Counted from the first letter of the stretch, positions 23,501-34,749 are shown. The stretch: 64,000 nucleotides of DNA from Eukaryota sp. TZLM1-RC (GCA_040285825.1 JAUPSS010000004.1:6105784-6169783); one strand, 5' to 3'. Translations and numbers: made by a program. The notes: generated from the letters alone by a model not told the origin.

Positions 23501-26500
23501 AACCTCCAAAGTATTATTTCCAGTGGAGAAGTAGTTCTTACTAAGAAGTTCAATACTGGGCTCATGAGAAATGAAGAACTCGAAATGTTTAACAACTGCT
23601 GATTTACCATATGCTACCTCAAGTTCCAATGTACAAAATGTAGCCTCTGTACCAAGGATGTTTAATGTTAACAAAGAATTCACAAAGGAATATGACAAAG
23701 AACAACAATCATTGAAGCAAAAGGCAGAAATATCAAGATTGGAGTAGATTAAATCTAAATCAAGCGTGTAATTGGAGGTAATTAAAACTACGTTGGGAAA
23801 ATGACTGATTCTAATTAAATTAGTTTCAACTGCATAATTACCAATAGAAAAGTTTTCAGCATTGTGGACAAGAAGAGAATTTTGTGCTGTGGATACTTCG
23901 AAAATTTCATTCCCGACAAGCAAGCTAACAGAATAGGTCAAATTAGAAAACAAAATAACCTCGGAATCAACAAAAGAAATGGGAGGAATGGAAATAAAAT
24001 TGTCGCAAGCTACAATAAAAAGATCAATTGTGGTGTTGTATGAGTGGTACTGGAACAGTTCTCGTCGGAATTCTTCAAAAATGACATCATAAACTATTGA
24101 ATAAGGATTAACTTCTACAATTTCAAAAGGAACACTATGAAAACTCATAGATTTTAAAATAAATTGAGAGGAATAATGACCAAAGTTTAGACCAGATAAC
24201 ACCAAAGTAGCTGTTGTTGGTCTCCCTTGCCACTGGATTTGCTGGGGATTGAGAGAATTAACCTGAATAACAGGAGGTATTTCAGTAATTTTATTACAAA
24301 AAATAGAATTACACAATTGAAGATCTGAATTGGCATCAATGATTTGAAAGACTAAAGAGATAGAAATACAACCTTTATCCGAGTAGGAGAAATCAAGGAT
24401 CAGTAGATTATTACCACCTAGTGGATGGTATTGGTTAATATCAACGCTATCAGAACTTATACAAATGGTAATATTGCAAATTTGGTTAGTGAGACATAAA
24501 TAAGCTGATGGTTGGACTGCAAAATCAATAACAGGAATATGAATTAATTGCGAAAAACTACTGGAAAGTTGAACAAATAGCTGCAAGTAATCAATTCCTG
24601 ACAATTCGAGATCCAAGGTAAAAATAGAAAAATCAGCAATATCCCATTCTAAAGGTACATTTCCGTCCACCATGATGTCATTACAGAGGGATAATGTGGT
24701 AAGATTCAAATTAATTTGGAGAGATAGAGAAATCTCTCCAACAGAGGGTGTTAAAAAATAAGGCTCATATTCGATACTCGGGAAACTGACTGCTAGATCA
24801 AAAACATTGGAAATTTGATTGGCAACAGACACTGATATAGGAACTTTACTTAACGACAAGTTGCAAATATTGTGTATTTCAAAGATAATATTGAAATGAT
24901 CAATGAAAACCACCGTAAAATCTAAATTAATATTGCCAAAAAAGGAATCAACTAAGCTCTGATTGTTATAAAAATTGCTACCGTGAATGTTCAAAATATT
25001 CTGTAATTGAAGCGGGTCAGGCGTCACATAATGAATTATTGGTGGTTCAAAACAAAAAGAAAAGAAAGAAGTAATATTGTCAGGACTTCTATTGATTTCA
25101 AACTGATGACAACCTGCACCTGAGGAAATGGCTAAAGCAACGTGGTCATGATTAATCGGCTGATCAACAACTGATATTTTGATAGTAGAACTAAAAATGT
25201 TCATTTCGGAATGGCCCAGGTGTTTTCCAGAAACAGTTACATGCTGTCCTTGAGTGGGGACTTGGAAGTCTTCTAGGTATGGTGGACATAGTGGTAGTTG
25301 GAGTTGAAATAAGAATTGAATAGCCAACGACGATAAATCAATAGTTATGTAATCAATTAAAGAAGTAACAGAGTGTATATCAAGAACAGTGAAAGAAAAA
25401 TAATTTGTCCTTGAAACTAATGATTCTGATAATGCATTAAAAACTTGGATATTGACAAATTCTTCAATTAATTCAGCATTGGTGAAATTAAAATCAATAG
25501 TAGCTTTTTGAGTTGGTAAGCAATGTTGAGATTGAAATTCTTCAAGAGTTTCAACAACTAAATCCATATTTAAGTACATATCTGAACCAGTAATAGAACT
25601 ATTTTGTTTTGAAATAGATCCAATTAAAATGGGCTGTTTCGTATTAAAATCAATAGTGGAATTGTAGAGAGATAACTTGGTCAAAGTCAAAATATTTGGA
25701 AAATCCAAAAAGTAAGCAGTGGAATCATATAAAGCTAATTCAAATTGCAGATTTCCATCAAAGAAACAACTGGCAATAGTGGAATTTTGAAAATTTAAGG
25801 TGCTATTAACTGATTTAATTAAAGAATTATCAGAAAGACAAGTAAAAACATTAGAAATTCCTTCAAAATCAGAACCTAACAATTCTGATTGAATTATTTC
25901 AAAAAATGATTGATCTATGTCCAGAAGTCGTCCATTGACTAATGAAATATCTGTCAAGGAGGTCCTAAGAAGCGCACAAGAAGAATATTTTGATTGAAAT
26001 AACGAAAAGAAAACAGAATTCCAGGCAAGAAACTCTATTGCAAAAAACCCAGTGTCCATTACTTCAATTAAAGGTTTAGGAGAGTCAACTTGTTCAAAGG
26101 TAACATTTTCAAAGACTGCTTCACTAGAGTCTTGGGCTAGTAGAAATTGACCTATTGAGTTATTAACTATTGCATTGTTAAACTTGAAGCTTGATAGTGT
26201 AATATTATTGAACAAAGAGCATTGATGATTTGAAAAATTTGCAGAGGTGAGGGAGACAGTGGCAGTTCTGGCTTCCAAGAAATTGATACTTGAATCTTGA
26301 ACAACAATATTGGTGAGAATAGCATTGGAATTGAAAAAGAAACACATCGACATACCTTCATAAAGAAAGTTATTGTTGACACCTGTAAATTTTCCATTGG
26401 TGAGCTCAACCTCCGAATTTTCGACATCAAAAACGTGATATTGCTGAATAAAGAGTCCAAAAATGGAAAAATCCTTTAACTGAATGATCGAATGATTACC

Positions 26501-29131
26501 CTTTAATAAACAACTACTTCCAAATATGGTTAAGTAAAAACACTTTAAATGACTGGAATTAACCGCAATTAATGGATTAATTAAATCATTTGAGGAAATT
26601 TCCACATCAATCATAGTAATGTTAGAGGAGAAAGCAGAAACGAATAAGCTGCTTGAAGAAGAAAAGAAAATACCATCAAGAAATAAATAAGATGAATGAA
26701 CAATTAAAAAATCATCCACATCAAAAATGCTAAAATCCAAATTTTTAAAGATTATTGTTGACTCCAATATTACTAGAGGACTTGAAACATTGACATTGAC
26801 AAATTCATCCAAATCTGATCCTCTTAATTCAAAGTCAACTCCAATCAAATCAACGTCAAAATTAATTCCATTATATTCACCTTCTTCAAAATAAACAACA
26901 CCATAATAACCCATTCTTTCGATTATTTTACTTAATGACAAACAAGGAACTGATGCAGTTCCACAACAATCTTCATTAGTTCCAGAAGGAGAAATAAAAG
27001 AAATTTGGTTTAAATCTGGAATAATTTCATTAAAGATAGTGGTGATAAACCGGCCTTCAGCCAAATTCACAGTAATGAAAGATTTACAATTAATACTAAC
27101 ATATTTAAATAGATTAAGAACAGAGTCAAAAATAATAATATCAATCACATTCGATTTTTCAACAAACAATGAAGAATAATCTACAACTAATTCTCCATTT
27201 AGTTCCAAAATAGAATCAACTACAAGTACTCCATGAAGGTGTGTAAAGGAAAGGATGGAAGATTCAGTCAAGTTTAAATCAAAAGTAATTCTAATTTCCT
27301 CAACAGGTTGTATTTCACCATAATTTAGAAGGTTTGAATGAATGATTCCCGACCCCGTAACTACACTGTTGATTGAGTTGATAGTGGAAAGGGACTGAAT
27401 TTCACCATCAAAAAGATTTAAGTTGCCGTTGAAAGCAAGTTGATTATCGTTTTCTGCAGTGATGAGACCAAAATTCTGCACTAACCTATCAAAGATAATT
27501 GATTCTGATTTGGCAGTAACTTTTCCACTATGCCCAACATGTATTGGAAAATCAAAATTAATTTTTTGAGAAGAATTATTAATAAAATCTCCATCTATAA
27601 TCATTAATGAATCATCTTCTGAAGAGAGAGATACTGGGGGAACAGGAACTACAAAATAATGAAAATGTCCTGCTTCTACCAAGCTAACTTCTATATCAAT
27701 GGTCTCAGTATTAGGGGAGGCTTCAAAATCGTCACTCTCGAAGCTATGTAAGACGTCATTGAAATCAATAGCAAAAGCTACATTATAACCAGCCGCAATG
27801 CTCCTTACCCTACCCAAACCTTGAACTTTGCCAGGCGAATGCTTGGTTGGATAAGCAGGCCTTCCTAGGACAGAACCACAAGAAAAGACCTCCCCAATAT
27901 CGTTAAGAAAGATGGTGTAAAGATTTCCACAAGCAACCGAAATCACGTGATTTGATTGATAATCAACAATGTAATCAATTTCACCTTTCCAATTGTTATC
28001 TCCTCGACATAGTTCCCCTTGATTGTTATAACCCGTGCTCATCAAGAACCCATCGTGGGAAAGGAAAAAAGATGACATCTGACAACCATAAACATACTTA
28101 ATATTGTTTATTGGAATTTCCTTAGGTTTTGGCTGGTTGCCCCCCAAACCTAACTGACCTATATGGTCCCAACCCCAACCTTTAACCTTACCATTTTCCA
28201 AAACAGCTAATCCATGCCAGTTGCCAGCTGAAATGTCGACAACATCAATCAAATCATCAATCATTTTGGGCTCTGGTTGATCATTACTATTACCATGACC
28301 CAGTCTAAAGTTATCCCCTTTACCCCAACTATAAACGGTGTTCATTCCAGTTCTGGCTAATGAAAACTCCTCTCCTGCAGAAATCTGAACCACCCTCTCC
28401 ATTGCTACCTCTACTGGTTTTATCGATGCTGAATCCCATCCTAATTGACCATAGTTGTTGTTCCCCCATGCAAAAAGGGTACCTTCACTAGTGATACCCA
28501 GGGTATGATCCTCACCAGCAGAAATATCAGTAAAAACTTGATCAGTGTAAACTGAAGCTAGACCATGGGGATTAGTAGTATCACCCGTTCCTGTTCTGCC
28601 GTGACTTCCATCACCCCAAGCTTGTAAATCATTTGATAGAGAAGTAGATGAATCAATAATGAAATCAGCATATGCCATAATGGTTATAGAAGAATCAGTG
28701 AGAGATAATTGGCCTTGCGAAAGGGTGCATGAGTTGTGTATGGAAAGAAGGGTTAGAAATAAATCAACATTTCCCAAAATTGTCAAATACTCAGTGACAA
28801 AATCAAAACTATAGTCCCATGAAGAGGTTACGATGACGTTGTTGAATGAGGTAAAGCCAGGCACTTCTAAGCTAGCATTTAATGAAAGAGTTACTTGAGA
28901 GAGGTGTAAGGAATTGAGATCAGGTGCAATGTCCACAATAACGGTTGTGTTTATGCCTTTACCATCTATATGCACAATGGAAGTGGTGGTAGGGAAAGAA
29001 GACTCCCAAGATGATGGAGAAGACCAAAGAAAGATTCCATTGGCTTTTTCTGGAGTGATCAGTGAAACAAGTTGGGTAAAAGTGGGTGTGATGAATAGTA
29101 ACAGTAGGAGACATTTGAGATTGATAAGCAT
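20594..29131 (-). CDS. Giant cell-surface protein (2845 aa): signal peptide, RCC1 propeller, beta-helix-like repeats, IPT/TIG-like domains, Cys-rich (furin/GCC-like) repeats, C-terminal multi-TM region
   Basis: Hydrophobic N-terminus. RCC1 repeats (ISAGEDHTL..G..FAWGNNNYGQLG) at ~28620-27650. ISPSGTNEDCCGTASVPCLSL beta-helix cap, PPIIHYVTP..IHGSNF, CQLGYY..CINCPIGKIT, and about 7-9 hydrophobic helices at the end. Confidence 0.85.
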   Translation of the reverse strand: MLINLKCLLLLLFITPTFTQLVSLITPEKANGIFLWSSPSSWESSFPTTTSIVHIDGKGINTTVIVDIAPDLNSLHLSQVTLSLNASLEVPGFTSFNNVIVTSSWDYSFDFVTEYLTILGNVDLFLTLLSIHNSCTLSQGQLSLTDSSITIMAYADFIIDSSTSLSNDLQAWGDGSHGRTGTGDTTNPHGLASVYTDQVFTDISAGEDHTLGITSEGTLFAWGNNNYGQLGWDSASIKPVEVAMERVVQISAGEEFSLARTGMNTVYSWGKGDNFRLGHGNSNDQPEPKMIDDLIDVVDISAGNWHGLAVLENGKVKGWGWDHIGQLGLGGNQPKPKEIPINNIKYVYGCQMSSFFLSHDGFLMSTGYNNQGELCRGDNNWKGEIDYIVDYQSNHVISVACGNLYTIFLNDIGEVFSCGSVLGRPAYPTKHSPGKVQGLGRVRSIAAGYNVAFAIDFNDVLHSFESDDFEASPNTETIDIEVSLVEAGHFHYFVVPVPPVSLSSEDDSLMIIDGDFINNSSQKINFDFPIHVGHSGKVTAKSESIIFDRLVQNFGLITAENDNQLAFNGNLNLFDGEIQSLSTINSINSVVTGSGIIHSNLLNYGEIQPVEEIRITFDLNLTESSILSFTHLHGVLVVDSILELNGELVVDYSSLFVEKSNVIDIIIFDSVLNLFKYVSINCKSFITVNLAEGRFITTIFNEIIPDLNQISFISPSGTNEDCCGTASVPCLSLSKIIERMGYYGVVYFEEGEYNGINFDVDLIGVDFELRGSDLDEFVNVNVSSPLVILESTIIFKNLDFSIFDVDDFLIVHSSYLFLDGIFFSSSSSLFVSAFSSNITMIDVEISSNDLINPLIAVNSSHLKCFYLTIFGSSCLLKGNHSIIQLKDFSIFGLFIQQYHVFDVENSEVELTNGKFTGVNNNFLYEGMSMCFFFNSNAILTNIVVQDSSINFLEARTATVSLTSANFSNHQCSLFNNITLSSFKFNNAIVNNSIGQFLLAQDSSEAVFENVTFEQVDSPKPLIEVMDTGFFAIEFLAWNSVFFSLFQSKYSSCALLRTSLTDISLVNGRLLDIDQSFFEIIQSELLGSDFEGISNVFTCLSDNSLIKSVNSTLNFQNSTIASCFFDGNLQFELALYDSTAYFLDFPNILTLTKLSLYNSTIDFNTKQPILIGSISKQNSSITGSDMYLNMDLVVETLEEFQSQHCLPTQKATIDFNFTNAELIEEFVNIQVFNALSESLVSRTNYFSFTVLDIHSVTSLIDYITIDLSSLAIQFLFQLQLPLCPPYLEDFQVPTQGQHVTVSGKHLGHSEMNIFSSTIKISVVDQPINHDHVALAISSGAGCHQFEINRSPDNITSFFSFCFEPPIIHYVTPDPLQLQNILNIHGSNFYNNQSLVDSFFGNINLDFTVVFIDHFNIIFEIHNICNLSLSKVPISVSVANQISNVFDLAVSFPSIEYEPYFLTPSVGEISLSLQINLNLTTLSLCNDIMVDGNVPLEWDIADFSIFTLDLELSGIDYLQLFVQLSSSFSQLIHIPVIDFAVQPSAYLCLTNQICNITICISSDSVDINQYHPLGGNNLLILDFSYSDKGCISISLVFQIIDANSDLQLCNSIFCNKITEIPPVIQVNSLNPQQIQWQGRPTTATLVLSGLNFGHYSSQFILKSMSFHSVPFEIVEVNPYSIVYDVIFEEFRRELFQYHSYNTTIDLFIVACDNFISIPPISFVDSEVILFSNLTYSVSLLVGNEIFEVSTAQNSLLVHNAENFSIGNYAVETNLIRISHFPNVVLITSNYTLDLDLIYSNLDISAFCFNDCCSLSYSFVNSLLTLNILGTEATFCTLELEVAYGKSAVVKHFEFFISHEPSIELLSKNYFSTGNNTLEVSIGYDTPCIDDYDFAIGGLHLSFSKISDTSTNNFCNQHLSIDLNLPMLYLRYPIYFGDLIWVSSNFGHLNVEQLKFFNIDLFSNSTVSVFEPRNLLFTGNVNLPDPIYCQLHDLHRQAHITNNVFECPQILASSYQNSVTVEIYYIDLLITTIDLAVEPFFVDRCFVSDHVSLIQNFQVYGLHYSKSYLPQLFDQHRCCSNDDCFVLLNSGQYFSIKFDGSYDVISLMITTNSSCTGETLSSPITISNLTSPSLPIRLGNTTNEFWICESLLNGFDDALMCSIEFNLQNITQITLASLAPVEIFEIEVYGYKTFSCLHPVNDFVGVTSSGTFLEVDGLYSFNGFESPNFHSFFPIIQSNLIDSILDGPLQVSYSFSSNDCYYPTTDLTRMVYPTAVSAIQLINSTILTNLNSFILEFNCFDLNGFLVNCNVSNVTMIATSFNYQYFEVVSSNSLKFHLLFSHFGTQSITFSIGSFVTTLFFDLWQELKSILIIQTIDSHDCSRRNLFLSSCTLFKLSSSLLSQQHLSNFTTTLELFDLSLHSNSEFMTSLYSKNQSYLEISGIPLVEYDVIFNYNSAFASVLFTLNDCDSTRMNLNNECHCKPGTVLGSVGECEPCQLGYYLDNPLVGECINCPIGKITKSIGSSNSTECVCPKSQFDDGKGCIKCPKFSTCKYGELASVSNGYKFTLETGSISCPYRYSCRNNQCRFNTKGIDCTECIEGTKRYGFVCIGTSGFEIFLAISCNIILILLLLVSQHYLKLCYQQYRKIKAKYLIPSLDKKAATKLIQSKGQTFCPLLVVMVVSLVITDSPVSVTFPFSFAISLFGNSFSFVLPSLFYFILYKICTGFLIFQFSFSKSYFGFITIISCYLGMFTKFSSFHFDLEFFLLLITFFSLIFLIIPLYKADQVKSVFAFLFLLSISKIPVIFYFIIQCLMFFTLCLFSGLHNTILSFIGTFVSCFVLTKHVYFA

Positions 29132-29615
29132 GTCATTGTCTACAACAATTAAACAATAAAAAAGAGTCTTTAAAAGTTTAAACTGATTATTGCACTTTGA
29201 ATGAACTTTAGTCTAGCTTCAAGTGAAGGCATTTCTCCTCCTATGAAACTATCGAAGACTCTCAAGTGTTGCTCTTTGTATGAATCATAAAGATTTTTTG
29301 AACCCACTTCAATAATTGAAAAAAGAATTCTTGTACTACAAAAGATCCTCTGAAAGCTTCAATACTCTTGTTTCCTCACATCTATGGAAATGGTTGAAAA
29401 TTTTGAATCAGTTTTCACTACCCTTCCTATATATTTTATAAAATTTACATTGAACGTATGGAAATTTTTGTGGATGAAGCTATGAATTGCTGAAATTGAG
29501 AATATTGAGTCAAGACAAATCGTGGAAACACATCAATGCAGTACGTTGACCAAAACTGCTGACTTTCAGCAAAGCACTTCGTTGCTTCAGTATAGCACTG
29601 AAGCCTGTGGGTTAG

Positions 29616-29785
29616 GGTTAGACATATGTATAGAGAGAGTAATTTATTACGACGGGAAATGAGCTATAGTGAATTTCAATACCGTCACTAGTGACGTCTC
29701 CATGACAGAACAATAAACATTAAGTTAATATACAAGAACAAATAGATAAGTCTAACTACACTCTAGAATAGTGTAAAGACTAACA
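29616..29785. repeat. Solo-LTR-like element related to 42313-42439
   Basis: Both start (T/G)GTTAGACATA, share ATTTATTACGA, and end AAGACTAACA (TGTTAG..CTAACA inverted termini). No TSD seen. Confidence 0.4.
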
Positions 29786-30829
29786 GCACAAGTTATTACA
29801 GGATAATATCATCAATCTAAGTGATTCACTAATACTGGTCTAGTAATCGGTTGTTGATCACTTTCCAGTTACCAACATCTACTTACTTGTGTCAAAAAAA
29901 AATTGCATTTCCAAAGCGACAAAATTGGAATTTGAAATTCATTTTTTCTCTTAGTATTGAAACTGACTTGAATTATATAAGTTCAGAAATTATTCCATCT
30001 CTTGCTGTCAAGCTACAAGAAAAATTGTTCCAAATTCTATTTCACATGTTTTTACTTGAGAGCAAGTTTTTTTAATAAGATTCATTGAACAACTTATAAT
30101 TCAACATTTAAATAATCCATCTCTCCCAAAACAAAACAACTAGATGTAACTCTCTCATAGCGAGACCCCAAAGAAAGCAGAGCATCAGAAACCATCTTCA
30201 ACATCCCCTTAAAATAGAGATTAGGTTGGAATCAATTTCAAAAAAAATTTGTTAAATTTTTGTTTTAACGATCATGTAGAAAAGTCAACAGCAAAAGAGA
30301 ACATTATTGTAAAGTTGAAAAAAAAATTCACTTTATATCAACATTTTTCTGAAAATGAATTGCTAAATTCATTTAAAAAATCACTAGAAACTCACAATCC
30401 TCACATAATGTGTAATTTCATTTTTGTAGACATTGACATCCCACGTGTTCACAAAAGGAAGACTTTTTAAAGGTGAAATCAATGCTAGTGAATGGATTGA
30501 ATTCCATAATTTAAATTGAATAGAATTGAATCACAAACACTTGAACCTTCAATTGCAGGTCAATTTCTTGTTGACAATTGTAGTATTTACACAAATTATT
30601 ATTCAACCACGCAAATTAAACACAGTTTCTAAAACTATATTTGGGGAGAGTAAAATTGACCTTGATCCTCAGTATATTGCAAAATATTGAAAGCCTCATG
30701 AAGATGATTCCTTCTCAGATTATCCTTATGCCAAGGATGAACTGCAGTTGCAGTTCATTGTTTGAGGGATACAGAGTTAGCCATGAAAATGTGTAATTTC
30801 TTTAACAATGACCAATTCATGGAAACTGT

Positions 30830-33350
30830 CAAACATAAACCTTATGATGGTTATAAAGACAGTTTAAAATTGTCATCAGAGATCCGCAAATGATTGACGT
30901 AATCGATGAAACGGTAATTGGGTGTCAAGAAATTTCTATTGTTGGTTGAGAATTCATTTGTGGTTATTATTTTCATCTATTTGACTTCAATACTAATGCC
31001 GTTATACCAAAAATTAAAACACAATTATTTCGTGATGCTGTTCATGTTGTCACATGTCAAAGTGAGGAGGACAGTTCCCTCGGGCCAAAGACAAAAAAAG
31101 CTTTACAAAATCCTCGTTGTGCGCCATAGTTGGATGTCTTCCATCAACATTTAAAGACAAAATTGTTCCAAAAATTTTAACAAAAATAGGAATGTGTAGT
31201 ATTTTGTATTACATAATGGCTAAACTGATTGTGTATCTAAATAAACTCCGGTGCCATTACTTTGATTACTTGATTCGGTTTGTTGATGTTTTCTATAATG
31301 TTAAGAGAAACAATAACCTTCTGATAAAACAAGATAAGAAAAAATTTTCATCATTTATTAGTAAAGTTAAATCTCTCCTTCTCATAGGATGTAGAACTAT
31401 TGATGGTAAAACATCTGCAATGAGAACCAAAGTCTCGTTAATAAGTTCGCTTTTGATTAATGGTTATATCCTTTATTTACTTCCCACTATTTAAAGGGAC
31501 AAGTATTCAAGAGCCATGTTCTACATTAACAGTTATTTAGAAGATGAGGAGTGCAAACTCTTTCATGCTCAGCCTTTGAAAAATTCTTGTATACCATCTT
31601 ATATCAGAATTGACAAGACAAGCTTGTTGGACTTGTTCTTTGCCGAATACAGCGACATTCTGGGTCAAAGGTCGTCTCATCAATCCAATGATCAAGCTAC
31701 TGATTTGGCTTATACCAAAAATTAAAACACAATTATTTCGTGATGCTGTTCATGTTGTCACATGTCAAAGTGAGGAGGACAGTTCCCTCGGGCCAAAGAC
31801 AAAAAAAGCTTTACAAAATCCTCGTTGTGCGCCATAGTTGGATGTCTTCCATCAACATTTAAAGACAAAATTGTTCCAAAAATTTTAACAAAAATAGGAA
31901 TGTGTAGTATTTTGTATTGCATAATGGCTAAACTGATTGTGTAACTAAATAAACTCCGGTGCCATTACTTTGATTACTTGATTCGGTTTGTTGATGTTTT
32001 CTATAATGTTAAGAGAAACAATAACCTTCTGATAAAACAAGATAAGAAAAAATTTTCATCATTTATTAGTAAAGTTAAATCTCTCCTTCTCATAGGATGT
32101 AGAAATATTGATGGTAAAACATCTGCAATGAGAACCAAAGTCTCGTTAATAAGTTCGCTTTTGATTAATGGTTATATCCTTTATTTACTTCCCACTATTT
32201 AAAGGGACAAGTATTCAAGAGCCATGTTCTACATTAACAGTTATTTAGAAGATGAGGAGTGCAAACTCTTTCATGCTCAGCCTTTGAAAAATTCTTGTAT
32301 ACCATCTTATATCAGAATTGACAAGACAAGCTTGTTGGACTTGTTCTTTGCCGAATACAGCGACATTCTGGGTCAAAGGTCGTCTCATCAATCCAATGAT
32401 CAAGCTACTGATTTGGCTTTATGGGACACCGTTTAAAAAATGGAGAAGATAAAAAATATGAAACCTTATTCAGAAAATTCAAAATGCATCATGTCTAGCA
32501 TCAAGACTGATGGAGTAGCAGTATTATTCATTCAATCTAGATTGGACATGAAACAGTATAAGGTTATGAACCATCTGAAGAGGAATGGCAAAGGATGGAT
32601 TTAAACAGCAGTATAATTAATCAAATGACTGAAAGAACAATTAGTTTATTAAGAGGAAAAGTATTTTCAGAAATCAATATTCCCCACGAAATTGATTACT
32701 CATTCAATTTGAGAAATACTGAACAAAAAACTAAACCTGCAGCAGAAGCAACTATATCCCAAATCAACAAAAGCTGCAGGTTTGACAGATTTATGGCATA
32801 TATTAAACAAAAGAATTTTGTGAATAGTATTGTAGGTGAAGTCTATCATCAAAAAAATTTTTAGGAAACCAAGATGGTGGGCTGATTAATCGCACAAGAT
32901 CTGAGGCAAAGATGATTCAGAGATTCAAATCAGTAATTGGTGATTCCAGCCAAGTAGTTATCGGAATCAGAGACTGGTATCATCAAAAACACAAAAAATT
33001 CAATGAACCTACCAAAGGAAATGGTTTGAGAATTTTGATCAAAAAGGCTGGTTAAAAGGTCTTTTTAATTGATGAGTTTCGAACCAGTTGCTATTGTTTC
33101 AACTGGAAGAAAGCGGAAAAACCACTTGAAACACGCCGATGGTGCAGAAATCCTAGGCCATCGAAGAAGCATGAGATGTCTATTCGTCACCGGCTTACCA
33201 TGTGTAAATCATACGAAAGTTTGTGAAAAAGAGTTTGAAATGCTTCACTGAATATGTTGGAAGTGATTGAAGCACATGTAAAAGGTGGAGATAGACCAGT
33301 ATACCTACAGAGACCCAAGGTTGATAACGGGTCAAAGAAAAAGGTATCAA
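30830..33350 (+). pseudogene. Fanzor1-type nuclease pseudogene (family A) with internal 708-bp tandem duplication
   Basis: Motifs in order: LFHAQPLKNSCIPSYIRID; IKTDGV; FDRFMAYIKQKNFVN; INRTRSEAKMIQRFK; GIRDWYHQKHKKFNEPTKGNGLRILIKKAG*KVFLIDEFRTSCYC (RuvC-II plus Zn); RHRLTMC; NASLNML..GGDRPVYLQR. Many stops and frameshifts. Confidence 0.85.
31002..32417. repeat. Direct tandem duplication, 2 x 708 bp
   Basis: 31002-31709 is repeated at 31710-32417 with about 3 substitutions seen; it duplicates ORFs 31516/32224. Confidence 0.95.
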
Positions 33351-33421
33351 GGAGACAAAAAATCAATCCCTCTCGGTGGAAAAAAGACACTTATTTCATT
33401 GTTATAAACATCATCTGTAGA

Positions 33422-33856
33422 ATGACGGTTCCTACATCTATTCCTTCCAACACACTGCTTACCCACATTGCGATTCACACTAGTAGTATAGAACAATCGA
33501 TTTGTTTTTATCAAAAGTATTGCAACCTGAAGGTTCTGCATGAAAGACCTGGCATGGGGGATCGCATTGTTTGGATGGGTGATAATGACAACAAATGTTG
33601 TGTCTTTGTTCTTCTTCCAGGCCGCAAAACTTCTGCTCCTGAATTTCCTGTGCCGCAAGACATAAGTCACTATGGATTTGCCTGTCCATCTCAAGCAAGA
33701 GTTGATGAAATTGCTGAACATGCCAAGAATGACAATATTCTCGTATTTGGTCCTAAGCAGATGTCTCCACCAACAAACTACATATGCATAGTTCGTTCTC
33801 CTGAAGGACGAAACATTGAGTTTTCATATGGCCAGGACTGGGATATCATTCAGTAA
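33422..33856 (+). CDS. VOC/glyoxalase-bleomycin resistance family protein, bacterial-like
   Basis: LTHIAIHT..SICFY..YC; SHYGFACPSQARVDEI; GP..PTNY..VRSPEGRNIEFSYGQ. The true start is probably ATG 33422; the upstream 56 codons of ORF 33254 are the Fanzor tail plus intervening sequence. Confidence 0.85.
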   Translation: MTVPTSIPSNTLLTHIAIHTSSIEQSICFYQKYCNLKVLHERPGMGDRIVWMGDNDNKCCVFVLLPGRKTSAPEFPVPQDISHYGFACPSQARVDEIAEHAKNDNILVFGPKQMSPPTNYICIVRSPEGRNIEFSYGQDWDIIQ

Positions 33857-34018
33857 TCTGTTTCAATGTATAGAGTTTTGCTCATTGTAACTTAAATGGT
33901 GATTTCATTGTACCTACCTTGTCTTTGTTTATAAAACCTTTCATTATCGTGCAATTGCTGTTATAAAAATAATGGTGATTCACAAACAAATTTTATTTAC
34001 AAAACGAATAATCAAAAG

Positions 34019-34588
34019 TTACTGAAAATCTTCACCAATAAAAAACCCTTCCAAACTAGGATCGTGGTAGAACCGAATAGCCCGTTCACAGAGAGCCGAC
34101 AAGATAACCTTTTTGAGTTTGCTATTTTGGTATTGTAAGAGGGTAAAGGAGGGGAGCTGATCTAAAAACTCGTGCACTTCACGTTCATTCTGGACTAGTT
34201 TCTTCTCCACATTGTCTATAATGTAGTTGAGTCCTGACAGATAATCGTAAAGACAGGACGGATAGCCACTCTGATCGGCGGGAAGAGACCGTTTCAGGTT
34301 GTTATAGAGATGTAATAGTTCCCACTTACTAAGACATTCATTGAGGTAAGCTGTTTCGGGAACAGGATCAGGCATAATGTCTGCTGACTGTTCAGGACTG
34401 TGAGGTTCTGGTGGATTATGAGGTCCAGATTCTTGCTCATAGAATGCCGCAGGATTCTTGAGTTGTAGCTGATATTCGAGTTCTTTGAAACATCCGCTGA
34501 CATCCAATCTGTGAGCATGGAGTAAGGCTTGTATGAATGTGGGAGAAAAGTCGCTGGAGAACTTTTGGAGGTCGAGAAAATCTGCCAT
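34019..34588 (-). CDS. Hypothetical protein (189 aa), possibly TE-derived
   Basis: Open ATG-started ORF with higher GC than its flanks; no recognised domain. Confidence 0.4.
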   Translation of the reverse strand: MADFLDLQKFSSDFSPTFIQALLHAHRLDVSGCFKELEYQLQLKNPAAFYEQESGPHNPPEPHSPEQSADIMPDPVPETAYLNECLSKWELLHLYNNLKRSLPADQSGYPSCLYDYLSGLNYIIDNVEKKLVQNEREVHEFLDQLPSFTLLQYQNSKLKKVILSALCERAIRFYHDPSLEGFFIGEDFQ

Positions 34589-34749
34589 TGTGGTTGTGAT
34601 AATAAGGGTTGTGGTGTGTGAGGAAAATTTGCATCTGAGGATGATATACCCTCTTCATCTACCATGGGTTGGCACCTGAAAAGACCGTTACAGGTTTAGA
34701 AATTGCAGTTGTAGAGGTATCCATGGAATTCAGTAGTCATTTTCAATCT

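Noticed and set aside
29609-29621. Interstitial telomeric repeats (GGGTTAGGGTTAG; also degenerate CCCTAA-like run at ~39578-39603)
   Set aside because: Only about two units, or degenerate and overlapping a gene end; compatible with chance.
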